Shown: in pieces, positions 25,001-40,000 of the stretch
How positions within the stretch are numbered: the first letter of the stretch is position 1
Layout: each line of letters starts with the position of its first letter
Source: Ginglymostoma cirratum
Lineage: Eukaryota
DNA: 64,000 bases
Assembly (NCBI GenBank): GCA_024137785.1
Contig: JAHRHZ010000026.1
Coordinates: 10,346,857 to 10,410,856, forward strand
Reading direction: 5' to 3'
Translations under genes and position numbers: made by a program
The notes under the pieces: generated by a model
Told to the model about the DNA's origin: nothing
What the model saw: only the letters and a program-made list of their open reading frames with translations
The model's database searches: none

Positions 25001-28000
25001 TGACTTTACTTTATCCAAAGATTCAGAACATAGGAATAGAGGCTGCTTCCGTGACTGAAGAATCAAAATGGTACTGAATATTATGCAATTATCCATAAAC
25101 ATTCCCACTTATGACCACATGACAGAAGGAAAATGATTGATGAAGTAGCTGAAAATAATTGGGCCTAAGCCCTGAGAAACTCCTTTAGTGAAGTCAAAGG
25201 GGAAATGATTGACCTCCCAACAACTATCTTCCTTTTTGCTCTGTATGACTCCAAGTAACAGAGACGATTCCACCTTGTTCCCATTAATCCCACAGTTTTG
25301 CTCGGACTCCCCAATGCTATACCCAGATATATGCAGTCTTAAGGTCAACAACAGTCACCCATCTCGTTTTGGAGTTCAATAGTTGGACCAGGCCTATAGT
25401 GAGGTTGGGAACTAAATGGCCTTGGCAGAACCTAAACTGTGCATGAGGGAGCAGGCAATTGCTGAACAAGTCCAAAGTTGGTTCAGTGGGTTCAGTGACC
25501 TTTATTCAGAACTGAAGGGACACTGGACCTGAAATGTTAACTCTGCGTTCTCTCCACAGACACTGCCCGACCTGCTGAGTTTTTCCAACAATTTCTGATT
25601 TTGTTGACAATTGGCTAAGTTGAATATGTCCTCCTTTTGGTGGACAAACCTGAACAATTTTCCATCTTGCTGGTAAATGCCAGTGTTGTAGCTGTACTTG
25701 GCTTGGGGTGTTGCTTGTTCTGAAGCACAAGTCTTCAGTACCATTGCTGGAATTTTGTTAGGACCTACAGCCTTTGCAGTACTAATGTTTCTTCAACTGT
25801 CTCTTGAGATCATGATAAGTGAATAACATTTGTTGAAGACAGATATCTATGATTTTGGAGACTTCAGGAGGAAACCAAAATGGATCATCCACTTGGCACT
25901 TCTGACTGAAAATGGATGCAAATGCATCAGTTTTGTCCTTTGAACTGACAAGCTGACTCCCTCCGCCATTATTAAGACTAGAGATAATTGTGAAGACTCT
26001 CCTTCTGTTAGTTATTTAACTTGTCCATCAACATTCACAACTGGATGTAGTAGGGCTGCAAAGTTCAGACCTGATCTGTTGGTTATAGAAAAGCTTTGCT
26101 TAGTCTATTGTATACTGATTGTATACTGATTCCATTGTTTGGCATGCAAGTAGTCCTGTTTTGCAGCTTCATCAAGTTGTCACCTAAATTTTAGATATGC
26201 CTGGTGCTGCTCCTGGCATGCTGGCCTGCACTCTTCATTGAGCCAGTGTTAATGGCTATGGTAGAATGGGGGTTATACTAGGCTGTGAGATTACAGATGG
26301 TGGTTACATACAATTCTGTTGTTGATGGCCCCATTGCGCCTCATGAATGCCAGAGTATTCACAGGTGTTGTAGATTAAAACACAGGCTCAGAAAGGTCCC
26401 TGCAGTGTTTTAAGTTTAGTAAGAAGCTCAATTAGATAAATATACTTTCCAAACTGAGCCTCAGTTCACTCCTCAAACAAGATACTCCTTGTCACACTTG
26501 AGGGAGTGCAAGGTGAACAGGCAGGTTCTGCCACAATGGATTCAATTGTAACACCAACGTGAGTCATATGCCTCAGCTAGATAGCTGATGGGTTGGGTTG
26601 ATTTGCAACAGCAGGGCCCCTTTGACATGCAACGTCGTAATTTCCCACATAAAAATGGCTGGCATAAGACAATTAATTAACTTCTTATTTGCCACAGGCA
26701 GCTCTTTTTACATACTACAAGAATGATTCCTGGCTCAAGGCAGATGTTTCATAGGTTGGGTAGGGGAAGAGAACAGGAAAAGAATGGGGCAGAGGAAGTC
26801 TGAGATTTATTTTTGGAGGAGCAGTTTAAAAACGTACCTAACTGGGCCTTCCTTCAGCCGTAGGGAACTATCACTACTATTGTGATCAGGTCTCAGGTTA
26901 AAATCTCAGCGCAGCACTGAATGTGATGATGCACATTTAAGATTGGTCCCTTCTGGCTTGGAGTAGGCATCCTTTACATCTGGATTAATATTGGAATTTC
27001 TTCATGAGTCAGAGCTCAAACCAGCATTCCCTCCCTAACAGCATTGTGCGTCTACTACAGCACATGGACTGCAGCGGTTCAAGAAGGCAGTTTACTACCA
27101 CTTTTCAAGGGCAGCTAGGGATGGGCAATAAATACAGGTCAGCTAGCAACATCCAAATTCCCAGGAGAATTCAAAAAAAAAAAAGAGGCTTTCAGGCTGC
27201 GGCTCACACCTTCCCCAACAGGTACCTGTCCTTGCACACTCACATTTTCACTGTTGTACCAGTATAGATTTGGACCCTTCAACACGAACCAGCAGCGTTT
27301 CCATTTTTGTGACATGAATCTAAATTGTTCTTTCTTCTTCCAGAGCCAGCCGTAACACTCGCCCATACCGAGGTCCCTGCATGATATCCGTCTACGACTA
27401 AGTGCAGTTGCAACTCCTGTCACAGATAAACATATGACATCAAAGAACATACTCAAGAGGAACCGAATGGAATTTGTCTCCACAAGGGACTGTAGAATGG
27501 TCACTCCAATCAAAAGTGTAATGGACAAACAGGTCGGTGAGAACAAGGTGAGATATGTCTTCCCTTGTGTTTGTTCTCCCACCAGCAGGTACAAGCCCAG
27601 TCTGGCAGCAGTATCCTTCAGCATATGACTAGTAGTAGTACTACGTAACCTCTTTTGGTGATGAACATTGAAGTTCTGCACCAGAGTCCTTCTGTCCCCT
27701 AGCTGTCCCTGGTGCTTCTTCTAAACGTGCTCCAACATGGAGAAATACCGATTTATCAGTTGTGGGAGGATAATGGTTGATACCAGCAAGATGTTCCTTG
27801 CCCATATTTGATTAGAATAAGAGTGAGACATCATGAGGTCTGAAGTCAGTGTTGAAGGTTCCCAGGGCAGTGCTGTGGTGGGGTACAGGCCACAGCATAG
27901 AGATGGAGGAGACTGGGAAACTGGGTGATAATCATCTTTAGTAATCAAATCAATGTTAGACTCTGGCCCTGAACTAGTCAGTGGGCTACCTCTCCCATTT

Positions 28001-31000
28001 AGTAATCCTACAATATTAGTAATGACAACTCTGCATGGTCAACTAGGTGTGGAATTTCTTTGTGGTATCCAAATCCAATGTCAGATTATGGCTGTGAGGG
28101 CCATTCTGTTTTATGATTCTCTTTAAATGAATGGCTTTTTTTTTTCTTTATTCATTCACAGGATAAGGGTATCGCTGGCTAGGCAGCATTTATTGCCCAT
28201 CCCTAATTGCCCAGAGGCCAGTTAAGAGTCAACCACATTGCTGTGGGTCTGGAGTCACATGTAGGCATGACCAGGTAAGGGTGGAAGTTTCCTTCCCCAA
28301 AGGACATTAGTGAACCAGAGGGGTTTTTCCAACAATCGACAATGAATTAATGGTCATCATTAGATTCTTAATTCCAGATATTTATTGAATTCAAATTTTA
28401 CCATCTGCCATGGCAGGATTCGTACCCATGTCCCCAGAACATTATCTGGGTGTCTGGATTAACAGTCCAGCAGTAATACCACTAGGCCATTGCTTGTTAG
28501 GCCTTATCAGTGGGCAAGTGACAATCAGCAAACTTTGGAGGCCTACAGTGGCTGCCTGACTACATGCCTACCTGCTGTCAGTCACAAATGGACCAGACTA
28601 GGTAAAGGCAGCAGGTTTCATTTCTTAAAGGCATTTAGTAAATCTGTTGAGTTCTTAATATAAACCAGTGGCTTCATGGTCACCATTAATGTTATCTTTA
28701 TATTCATTTTATCTAATTTTTAAAAATTTAAAAACTGATTCAACTTCACGAAATGTGTTAGTATAAGCATCTGGATTAGTAGTAACCATCATAAGTTCTC
28801 CATTATTCCACCAGCTAAACCTCGTCCAAACTTCTGCTCAGTTACACTATTTTCCACTTACCCGTCAAGTTCCATCTCCACTGAACAACAATAGATCCTT
28901 GACCACTAATCCATTAATTCTTAAATTCTAATTATCAAATCCCTCCATTGTCCCACTTTACCCTTTTGAACTGTCCCAAATATCATATCTTCAAGAATCT
29001 ACAATACCAGAAGAAAAGTAGACATATCCAGTATAATTTGGTGCCTGACAGTCAGAGACTGGGGCTATGAATGTTAACTTTGGAGTGGGATTAAGGTATG
29101 AGTGATTCAGACTTCAGAAAGCAGATTTCCACTCACCCTTCTTCTTTCGTCTGTTCCGTAATTGCACCTGAGAAAGGCAGAAACACAGTTATTAAATACT
29201 TGAAAACAGTAACACTAACCATGGTTAGAAGACCTGGACAAATAAGAAATAACACACCAGGCCCTGCACTGACTGTCCAATACGCCCAAGCGTCCAAGAT
29301 ATTGACAGTTCTGTTCTAGACTGGGGAAGTGATTCTTTCACGAGGCTGTCAACACAGTGAGAAGCAGGTCAGTTAGTCACAAGGCACGGTGTTTCAAAAA
29401 GGTATTTTGCCAGACCTGCAAGTGCCTCGCTTTCTTCAGCCCCCTGTTTAAATTTTCCTCCTCCTCTCTTATATAAAGAAAAACAAAACACTGTGATTTG
29501 TTAGCCTCTTATTTCATCAGTTGCAGTATGGCTTGTATTGGTCTTTTGGAGCACATGTTAATGCTAGTGGTTCTTTGAGACAGCGAGTCACTCGGTTTAT
29601 TTACATTTGTAAATCCAGTCATTACTGCTGTTGCCTGAATGAGCTGCTCGTGGGTCTGGAGTTTTACAATGGAAACAGGTTTCTCTGCTCAAAACGTCAT
29701 GATAATTAAGGTCTTAATTTTGAGACATGACAGAAGACAATAGAATTAGGCCTTTCAGAGACTACCTTGAGAAAATATTGAACAGAGGGGGAAAATCAGG
29801 AATCAGATCTTTACTGTGCCCCCACCAATTGCGTGTAAATGCTTCTACCTGGTTTTGAACCTGGGTCCTTTCACATGCAAAGCGAATGTGATAACCACTA
29901 TTAGACTGCACTTCACACAAGCAGGTGGAAGAAGGCACAGCCCAAATGAGTGAGAGATACTGGAAATTTAGTGCACCATGGGAATTCAGTGCACAGAAGA
30001 GGTGCTTTATTTGTTGTTCGTAGTTTGAAAGGTCCTTTTTCAGGGCTTACAGTTTGTAAGGCTTTATTCTTCAGTTTCAACTGAGCAGAGATAAGGGAGT
30101 CCCAGTTTAACGCCTGCAACCTTAGGGGTCTGCTGGTTGGAAAAAACAAATCAAAACAGTGACAACACAGGAAAATTATGCGTACCTGGTCCATGATTTT
30201 AGAAATAAAAGTGTATTATTTCAGAGGAAGGGATTAACTGAGGAAACAACAGGAATAAGTGAAATAATAAAGGAGCATAATTAAGCCATGTAGGTTAAAG
30301 AATTAAGTTAACAATATTTTTACATAAGCGTTTCTTTTAGGAAAGAGGGACTCGGCCTTAAACGAAGTTAAAACAGCCAAGTTCTGATATACACCTATGG
30401 TATATTCCTCTTGCACTGTGTGCCATATCATGGAAGCTTCAAATGTCTTTGGTGAACACATGTGAAGGAAGTGTGCCTAGCTGCAGCTCCTGGTGAACTG
30501 CATTTTAGAGCTGGAGCTGCAGGTAATTCACAGTGGAACATCCACAATTCTGAGCGAGTCATGGATTGCACAGTGAAAAGGCCATGCAGCAGGTGCAGAC
30601 TGAACAGGTAGAAAGAGCACAGTTGACAGCCAAGCAGAGTAGAGGAAGGCAGGTAGTGCAGGAGTCCCCAGTGGCGATCCTCTTTCTAATAGATATATCA
30701 TTTTGGATGCAGTTGGGGAGATGACGGTACAGGGAAAAGCAGTGGGAGCCAAATTCATGGCACTGTGGGTGGGAGTGCTGAACAAGAAAAGGAGGAAAAA
30801 GAACAGCTGGACTCTAGTGGAGGGGGATTCAAGAGATGCACAGCTTTGGAGTAAGCGAAAAAGGGAGGCTTATGGCAGATACAGGGGGCTCAAACAGCAT
30901 AAGCTTTAGACAGTATAGAATGTACAAGAAAGAACATAAAAGGGAGATCAGGAGAGCTAAAAGAGGAAACGAAAGGATACTGGCAGATTTAAAAAAAACC

Positions 31001-34000
31001 TACCTTGTGTATAGGTACATTAAGGGTAAGGTGATAACGAATGAAAGAATAGGGCCATTGAAGACCACAGCAATAATTTGTGCATGAGCCAGAGGATGTA
31101 CATAGAGTTCCAAGTAAAGACTTTGAGTTGATATTCACTAGTGAGAGGGGTGATTATGGGTAGACAGGTCAGGGAGAAGGTCTATGATGCAATTAATGAG
31201 ATTAGTATTGATAAAGAGGAGGTTCTAAGTAGTCTGGCTGCTTAAAAGTAGATAAACCTCCAGGGCCTGATGAAATGTATTCCAGGTTGTAGAGCAAGGC
31301 GAGGGAGGAACTGCTCGCAAAAATGTTCAATTCCTCTCTGGCTACAGGAGTGGTTCCAGAGGACTGTAAGTCAGCCAATGTGGTACTCCTATTCAAGAAG
31401 GAAGCAAAGGATAAACCAAGAAGCTATACGCCAATCAGTCTAACCTCAGTGGTAGGAAAACTACTGGAAACAATTCTGATGGATAGAATTAACCTGCACA
31501 TGAGAGGGAGGGTTTAATCAAGAGCAGGTCATAAATTTTTCAAAGGGGTGATCAGGTGTGTAGGTGAAGGCAATGCTTTAAGTAGTCTACTTGGACTTCA
31601 GCAATGCTTTTGATAGAGTCCTGCATGGGACACTGATAGCAAAAGGTAACAGCCCATGGGATCCAAGGAACTTTGGCAAATTGGATCCTCAATTGGCTGA
31701 GTGGCGGAAAGCCAAGGGTGATGGTTGAGGGGTGTTTCTTTGACACAAAGTCTGTGTCCAATGGGTTCATTCAGGGTTCAATGTTGGGGCCTTTGCTGTT
31801 TGTGGCTTATATAAATGATCTAGACTTGAATTTGGACGGTCCATCAGTAACCTTACACTCGATACAAAAATTATGGGGTGATAAATAGTGAGGAGGAGAG
31901 CCTTACACTACAAGAGGTTATAGAGTCATCCACCATGAAAACAGACCCTTCAGTCCATGCTGACCATAATCCCAAACTAAACTAATCTCACCTGCCTGCA
32001 CTTGGCCTATAACCCTCCAAATAAAGGATACAAATGGGCTTGTCAGACAGACTGATGAGTGGCAAATGGAACTCAATTGGATAAGTGTGAGGTGATGCAC
32101 TTGGTTGGGACAAACACAGCAGGAAACATCTGGTGAATGGTAACACTTTGGGAAGCACAAAGGATCGGAGTGACCTTGGTGTGCAAATATACCGGTCATT
32201 TAAGGCATCTGGAGAAATGAATAAAATGGTTAAGGCAACATATTATATAGTTACCTTTATGAGTCAAGATTAAGAATTTAAGAGCAGAGAGGTTTTGCTG
32301 GAACTGTATAAAACATTGGTTAGGCTACAGCTAAAGTGCTGTGCAAAGTCCTGGAACCCCAATTTTAGGAGTGTTATGATAGCACTGGAGATTGCGTAAA
32401 GGAGATTTACCAGGATGTTGCCTGGGCTGGAGAGTTTCAGTTTTGAAGAGAGATTGGACAGACTGGGGTTGTTTTCCTTAAAGCAGAGGAGATTGAGAGG
32501 GGACATGATTAAGATGTACAAGATTATGAGGGGCATAGATAGGGTAGACAGGTAGGAACGTTTCCCCTTCATTGAGGGATCAATGATCATAAATTTAAAG
32601 TAAAGGGCAGGAGATTTAGAGATGTGAGGGGAAAAACAACTCTCTCACCTAGAAGGTGGTGGGAATTTGGAACTTACTGCTTGTAAGGGTGGTACAGGCA
32701 GAAACCCTCCTGACATTTAAGAAGTATTTAAATGTGCACTTGTGATGCCAGAGCAAATAAGCCTGTGGCCAACTGCTGGAAAAGGGATTTGGAATAGTTG
32801 GGTAGTTATTTTTGACTGGTGCAGATGTGCTGGGCCAAAGGGCCATTTTCTGTGCTGTCAATCTCTATGATTCTATGCATCAAAATAGTGAGTTAGTTGT
32901 TGAACCACTGGTTTTAAGGTTATTTAATTTCTTAAAAAGTACAGTGTATCAACAGGAAGAAGTCTGGATGGAATAGCCACAAGTAGCAAAGATTACTACC
33001 GACATTAGGCTGTGGTTGGGACAAATGGCACCAATTCTCTGAATCTTAACTCTGTCATTACCTTTACTTAACTTCAAACTGAGAGTTCAACATCTTTTCC
33101 CAAGTCACCAAAGTTCATACCACAGAACTGGCAACTACCCACAAATGTTGAAGTGGACATCTGGTGACTGACCCTAGGTTTTACATCAAGAAACCTCAAC
33201 CCTACAACATATCATCATTGACTCGCTTTGGCTTGATATCATTTTACTTCTCATCTCTAATTAATGTTGTTCAATTCACCTTGCATTTTTTGAAAATGCA
33301 GGCTCCTTCTATTGATTTCTCCAGGGTAGGTGGAGGAATGGAAACAACATAAACAAAACAGCACCAGTACAATGTTAAAATTAATTTAAGTAGCTTTTAA
33401 TAATAAATTAGCAGGACTTACTACACATTTCACTTTGCACATGTACATGAGAACTTGCAACTGAATGTGTAGCATTACTGAATCTGTTGCTCAATATCCT
33501 GTTCGAGTTACACAACCCAGTCTTCCTCTTCCCTCAGTTTTGTTTCCAATGTTTCACCATTAATATCCTTCCTTAAAAAAACACTGTCCCCTGCATTATA
33601 AATTTTAATTGATTGGTTTGTATATCTATCCATTTCTGTACTTTTGAAAATTTAAATATACAAAAGGTGGCACCTTGGGATTTCTGATCACGTGGAATTA
33701 ACACTACCAAAAGTTTCCAACAACTTCAGCACCTTAGTTTGATGCCTTAATTCTACTTGCACTAATTCTGCTGATTGCTGTCTTTTAATGCCACTTTCCG
33801 CCTCAAGATGTCAGAACTTCACTTGTGTGCTAACTGAAGAAGTCACTCTCCACAATCTACAGATGATGCCAAGTTTCACATAGCTCTCAAGCTCTAACAG
33901 CTCACATGTTTCATAATTTATGTGAGGGAACTGAAAATTACTTGTGGCTTTGCGCCCTGTGAAGCTACAGGTGTTTCCCAAACCAAACAGACTTGTGGTG

Positions 34001-37000
34001 CATAGTAATAAGATAGTCCACCTACAGCATTGGGGTGAAGCTCAATGGAAAAGAAATACAGCTTTGTAGCATTCTCCATGAACAGAAACAAACCTTTACT
34101 CTGTATCTAATCAGTGTAGCATGTGCCCTAGGAATCATTTTTAGGGCACGGTAGACGGAACTTCCATCTATATCTAATCAAAGAACTGTATATCTATTTA
34201 ACAGTACGGCAATATAGAAGAAATGTTGTTCTGTATTTAATCAATGCTATACCTTATTGTATTCAATCCCAGGACTTTGGTGCCCGTTCCTAATTTCCCT
34301 TGAGATTGCAGTAGCAAGCCACCTTTTTGAACGGCTGCAGCGTGCTGAGACTTAGAGAGTTACAATATTTTAACCCAGCAATGGTGAAAGAACAGCAAGA
34401 TATATAGCCAAGCCAGGATAGTGAATGACCTGGAGAAGAATTTGGAGGTGGTGTTAATTTGTAAGGAATAGAAGATCAAGTAGACTTAAGGATCCGTGAA
34501 CTTGTTCTGGTTTTCAATTAAAGCGATGGAACAATTTTTCCTTCAAAATCACTTTTTTCCCTTGTTCCCTTGCCCTTCTAGGTGGTGGATATCATAGTTT
34601 TGGGAGGTGCTTCAAAGCCATGGTAGGTTGTTGCATGCATTTTGAAGAAGGCACCACATTTTGCCAGAGATAGAGATGGTTAGGAAGCATGTTTGTCTGC
34701 TATTCAAGCAACCCATTTGTCCTTGGTCACACAAAGCACCATCAGTATTGGTTGAGCTACATACATCAAGGCAAGTGGAGATTATACCATTAGGCTCCTG
34801 GAATGTACCTTTTAAGTAGTATGAAGACTTTGGGGCATCAGGAACTGATTCATCTGCTGCAGAGTACCCAGATTCTGACTTGATCTTGTAGACAGTATTT
34901 GTGTGCCTGGTTGAGTTATTTCTGGTCAATAGTGACCACCAGGATGTTGGTGGTGAAAGACTCAAACCATTATAATAATGTAATTTCATTTCAAGAGCCT
35001 CAGTTAGATTCTCATTTGTTGGAGATGATCATAGTCTAGTACTGTTGAATGCTATTTGCAGCTTTTCCATGCAAGCCTGTACGTGGTTCAGGCTTTGTTA
35101 CATCTACATATGGGCCATTTAGTTATCAAAGAAATTCCATGCAGATCAGTGAACATCTGCTGATTTGGGAGAGTCTAATATTAACATCACATTATATCAA
35201 AGTTGTTTCTTTATTATTTTCTGCAAGATTATTTTTGCTTATACTGACTGACTGACTTAAATGCTCCTTAAACAAAAAGTAAACAAATTTCATGGTAAAC
35301 AATGGCACAGCATAACACATGGTCCTCACCGCTCTCTCATCATTTGCTGATGGTGATCTTGGCCTTCCCTCACAGTCAGAATCATATTTCATTCTATCTT
35401 CAACATTACAAGGCTGAATTATTGGAGATTGTGCAGTGAATGTCCCATCACTCACAAGCTCTTCTCCATTGCATGAGGTCGCAGCGCACCCTTCAGACAT
35501 CAGATTTGCTACCTGCATGTGCTCACCTGTAAAATCGAAATACGCACAGCCTTAACACAAACTGGGATAGCAACTCAGTCACATAACACAGAATGGTGGA
35601 CAGCCAATAATATACTGCATTATCATAGAATAAAAGTTGGATGTACAATGTATTACAGAATATGTATACCAGGCAAGGTAATACAAATTGTAATATCAGT
35701 GCACTGTTCTCTTAAGATTGAATTATATTTAACCTGTCTTTGTCAATGCAACCAAAATGTCTAATACTGTCAATATAGGACACCCTGTGTACAAAGATTA
35801 ATCATTGTGGATGAGGGAATTTGCTCGAACATTTCAGATAATCATTCATTTTTGGCTGCAGATCATATTAAAACAGTCGACCTACCCTTCTAAATTCTTT
35901 GGATTCTGTAAAGGAGATGTGATCAACTCTTCCAGATTACCATTCATAACATAAATGAACATAAAAATCTACCCCACAGATAAATGCATATCATGTTAAG
36001 TAGTAGACAACTGTTTTAGCTCATGTAGTAAAAAGACACAGAAAATAAAAAGGTGAGCAGTATTAACAATGAAATTTAATCAAAGCAGGCTTCAAGTCTA
36101 AACAGCTCACCAACTTCAAGGCTGCATTTATTCAAGTATAACGCCAAGTAGCGTGGGCAGGTTGAGGTCCTGATGATTAATTCTCTTAAGGTAATATCAT
36201 TGGATTTGGCAGAAGATAATCATTGCAATTCAGGGTAACACAACAGGATTTCCTCCAGGAGGAACTCAGTGAATTGGGTAGAGACTTGGAGGTTGAAATT
36301 TAATGAGAAGAAATAGGAGATGGTGTGTTTTTGATAAAAGAATGAGGATTGGCAATATAAGCTGAACAATAGAACAGCATTTGGGGATTCAACTACATAA
36401 ATCTTTGAAAGTGGCAGGTCAAATTAATGATGCTATTCAAGACATGGATGGGATCTTTGGCTTTACAAATAGAGTCCAAAAGGTTATATTTAAAATAAAT
36501 CATTGATTAAACCCCAGTAGACTATTATCTCCAATTTGGGTCACCACATTTAAAAGAAAAGTCAATACTTGGGTGATGGAAAAAAAAATTCAGTTGTGTG
36601 TAAGCACTTGTCAATATGTCATAAAGGATGTCAAGGCCTTGGAGAAGTTGCATAAGTGACTTACCGGAGAGATGCCAGGGCTGAGGGGGGTCATTTATGC
36701 AGAGGGATTATGAAAGCTAGAATTGTTTGTCTTATAAAGGAGTTAAGAGCAATTATAGACCAGAATTTTATGGTAAGTCACAGGATACAGCAAGAGCCTC
36801 ATGTCATCTTTTTCTAGGAAGACCTGCTGCACCATGTGCTGCTCAGGAATTTGCGCACACACAAACTAGGAGAAAGTAGACCATTCTGACAGTCAATAGG
36901 ATCATGGCTAAAATGTTTGCGCGTTGAATTCTACGTTCCCAGCTACCCCTCATAACATTAAAGTGATTCCCTTGTCTAAAAAGCATCTACGTCTTCCTTA

Positions 37001-40000
37001 AAAATAGTCAAACAGCTCCTACCACACTCTCCACTAAGGCAGAGAGCTTGACAGGGCAGAGTTGAGCCATTTCTTGTAATCAAGGACCCTGGTCAGAGGT
37101 ACCTCTTGCCTGGAGTTGCCAGTAATCACAGTGGAGCAAAGTCTATTGAATGGCCGTTCTAGATCCCAGGCCACAGGTATGGTGATGAGGGAGAGAGGTC
37201 AGCAAGGGCTTGCTCTTAGTGAAAAAAGCTCAATTTCTTTTTCTTTATGCCAGACGCTTCTCGATCAGGGAGTGGTGAGTGCCTTTGAAGAACAGACCCT
37301 GGCAAACAAAATTGTACGGCTTTATTCCTGCGTGACAAGCCTTCCTTTCTTTATTGAGTTTGACAATTCAAAATAGAGGATCTCTCTAACCCTGTTCCAG
37401 CATATTTTTAAAAGCATTGAGTGAAACACAATTAGTTTAAGGCAAACATCAGAAGCTGTCATTGACAATTTGTAAAGGGCTATTTTAAATCTCTGGAAAA
37501 AAAACAGAAACATATTGCCTATTTAATTCATTTACGAAAGATTAGGATAGTTAGTTACAGAGTCAGAGATATACAGCACAGAAACAGACCTATGCCCTCT
37601 GGTTTTGGACTCCCCTACCCTGAGGAAAAGACCTAGTCTATTCACCCTATCCATGCCCCTCATGATTTTATAAACCTCTCCAAGGTTATCCCTCACCCTC
37701 TGATGCTCCAGGGAAAATAGCCCAAGTCTATTCAGCCTCACCCTATAGCTCAAACCCTCCAACCTTGGCAACATCCCTGTGGCTCAGTGGTTAGCACTGC
37801 TGCCTCACAGCACCAGGGACCCGGGTTTGATTCCAGCCTTGAGCGACTGTCTGTGTGGAGTTTGCACATTCTCCCAGTGTCTGCGTGGGTTTCCTCTGGG
37901 TGCTCTGGTTTCCTCCCACAGTCCAAAGATGTGCAGGTTAGGTCAATTGGCCATGCTAAATTGCCTATAGTGTTCAGGGATGTGTAGATTAGGTGGGTTA
38001 CAGGGAGGTGGGTCTGGGTGGGATGCTCTGAGGTTTGGTGTGGACTTGTTGGGCTGAAGGGCCTGTTTCCACACTGGGGGGATTCTATGATGATGATGAA
38101 ATCTTTTCTCAGCCCTTTCAAGTTTTTTTTATTCATTCATGGGATGTGGGCATTGCTGGCTGGACCAGTATTTATTGCCTATCCCTAATTGCCCAGAGGG
38201 CAGTTAAGAGTCAACCACACTGCGGTGGGTCTGGAGTCACATGTAGGCCAGACCAAGTAAGAATGGTAGAATTCCTTCTCCAAGGGACATTAGTGAGCCG
38301 TTTGTTTTTTTCCTAACAATCAGCAATAGTTTCACGGTCATCATTAGACTCTTAATTCCAGATTATTATTGAATTCAAATTCCACCACCTGCCACTGTGG
38401 GACTTGAACCCAGGTCCTCAGAACATTACCTGAGTCTCTGGATTAATAGTCCAGCAATAATACCACTAGGCCATCTCTTACCCAACATCCTCCTATAGCA
38501 GGGAGACCAGAATTGCACACAGTATTCCAGTAGTGGCCTAATCAATGACCCGATCAACTGCAACATGACCTCCCAACTCCTATACTCAATGCATTGACCA
38601 ATAAAGATAAGATACTAAATGCCTTCTTCACTATCCTATCCTGTGACTCCACTTTCAAGGAACGATGAACCTGCATTTCAAGGTCTCTTTGTTCAGCAAC
38701 ACACCCCAGGACCTTACCATTAACTGTATAAGTCCTATTCTGATTTGCCTTTCCAAAATGCAGCACCTCACATTTATCTAAATTAAACTCCATCTACCAC
38801 TCCTCCTATCACCATTGGCCCATCTGTTCAAGGTCCTGTTGTACTCTGAGGTAACCTTTGCTGTCCACTACACCTCCGATTTTGGTGTCATCTACAAACT
38901 TACTAACCATACCTTCAATGTTCACAACCAAATCATTTATTTGGAACAAGAACAGGCTACTTTGCACTTTGAGACTGTTCTCTCATTTAATAAGATCACA
39001 ACTGATCTGATTTTAACCCCAGCTCTGCACTCTCACACATTCCCCAATAATCTTTAATTCCCTTGGTCATTAAAAATCTATCTGTGCCTGAAAAACATTT
39101 AAAGATTCTGCATCCACTGCCTTTTAAGGAAGCTACAAAATTCTCACAAGTTAGATAGTAATTTTTAAACTTCAGCACCTACTGCAAAATAACTTGCAGA
39201 ACAGACCACCCATCTTCAGTCAAACGCATTTGCTCTCCATTCATTGATCAAAGCGACTGTTCCACCCTGGATAGTGTTGAGTTTTTTTTCAAAGAAGTGT
39301 TGTAGCTGCATAAATCCAGATGTTTAGTATCCGTCAAATTTTTAACTTGAGCCTGGTTGATAGTTTTCCTCTTTTGTTTCAAGAAACATAGAAACTGGAG
39401 TCGATCGTTCGGCCCTTTGAGCTCGCTCCACCATTCAATATGATTATAGTCGATCTTCTACCTCATTGCCATAATTCCTGCTTTCTCACAGTACCCCTTA
39501 ATGTATCTAACATCTAAAATAAAAATTATCTTTTTTGTATATGTTCAGAGATATTTTTTCTCATCTCAGAGACCCAGATAATGTTCTGGGGACCTGAGTT
39601 TGAATCTTCACGGCAGATGGTAGAATTTGAATTCAATAAATATCTGGGATTAAGAATCTAATGATGACCATGAATCCATTGTCGATTGTCAGAAAAACCC
39701 TTCTGATTCACTAATGTCCTTTAGGAAAGGAAACTGCCATCCTTACCTGGTCTGGCCTACATGTGACTCCAGACCCACAGCAATGTGGTTGACTCTGAAC
39801 TGTCCTCTGGGCAATTAGGGATGGGCAATAAATGCTGCCTAGCCAGCAACGCCCTTATAACGTGAATGAATAATGAAAAAAGAAATCCCTCTAAACCATT
39901 CCTATTCATGTACCCATCCAGATGCCTTTTAAATTTCGTAATTGTACCGACTTCCACCACTTTCTCTGGCAGTTTGTTCCACACACACACGCAACCCTCT

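Larger units (their letters stand above)
37555..38940 (-). mobile_element. CR1 (HER1-like) 3' portion interrupted by two SINEs
   Basis: MEFNLDKCEVLHFGK; MLPRLEGLSYRVRLNRLGLFSLE. Confidence 0.85.

Noticed and set aside
29913-30194. 93-aa minus-strand ORF with acceptor-like site
   Set aside because: The phase-0 reading required between its neighbours hits a stop; no homology.
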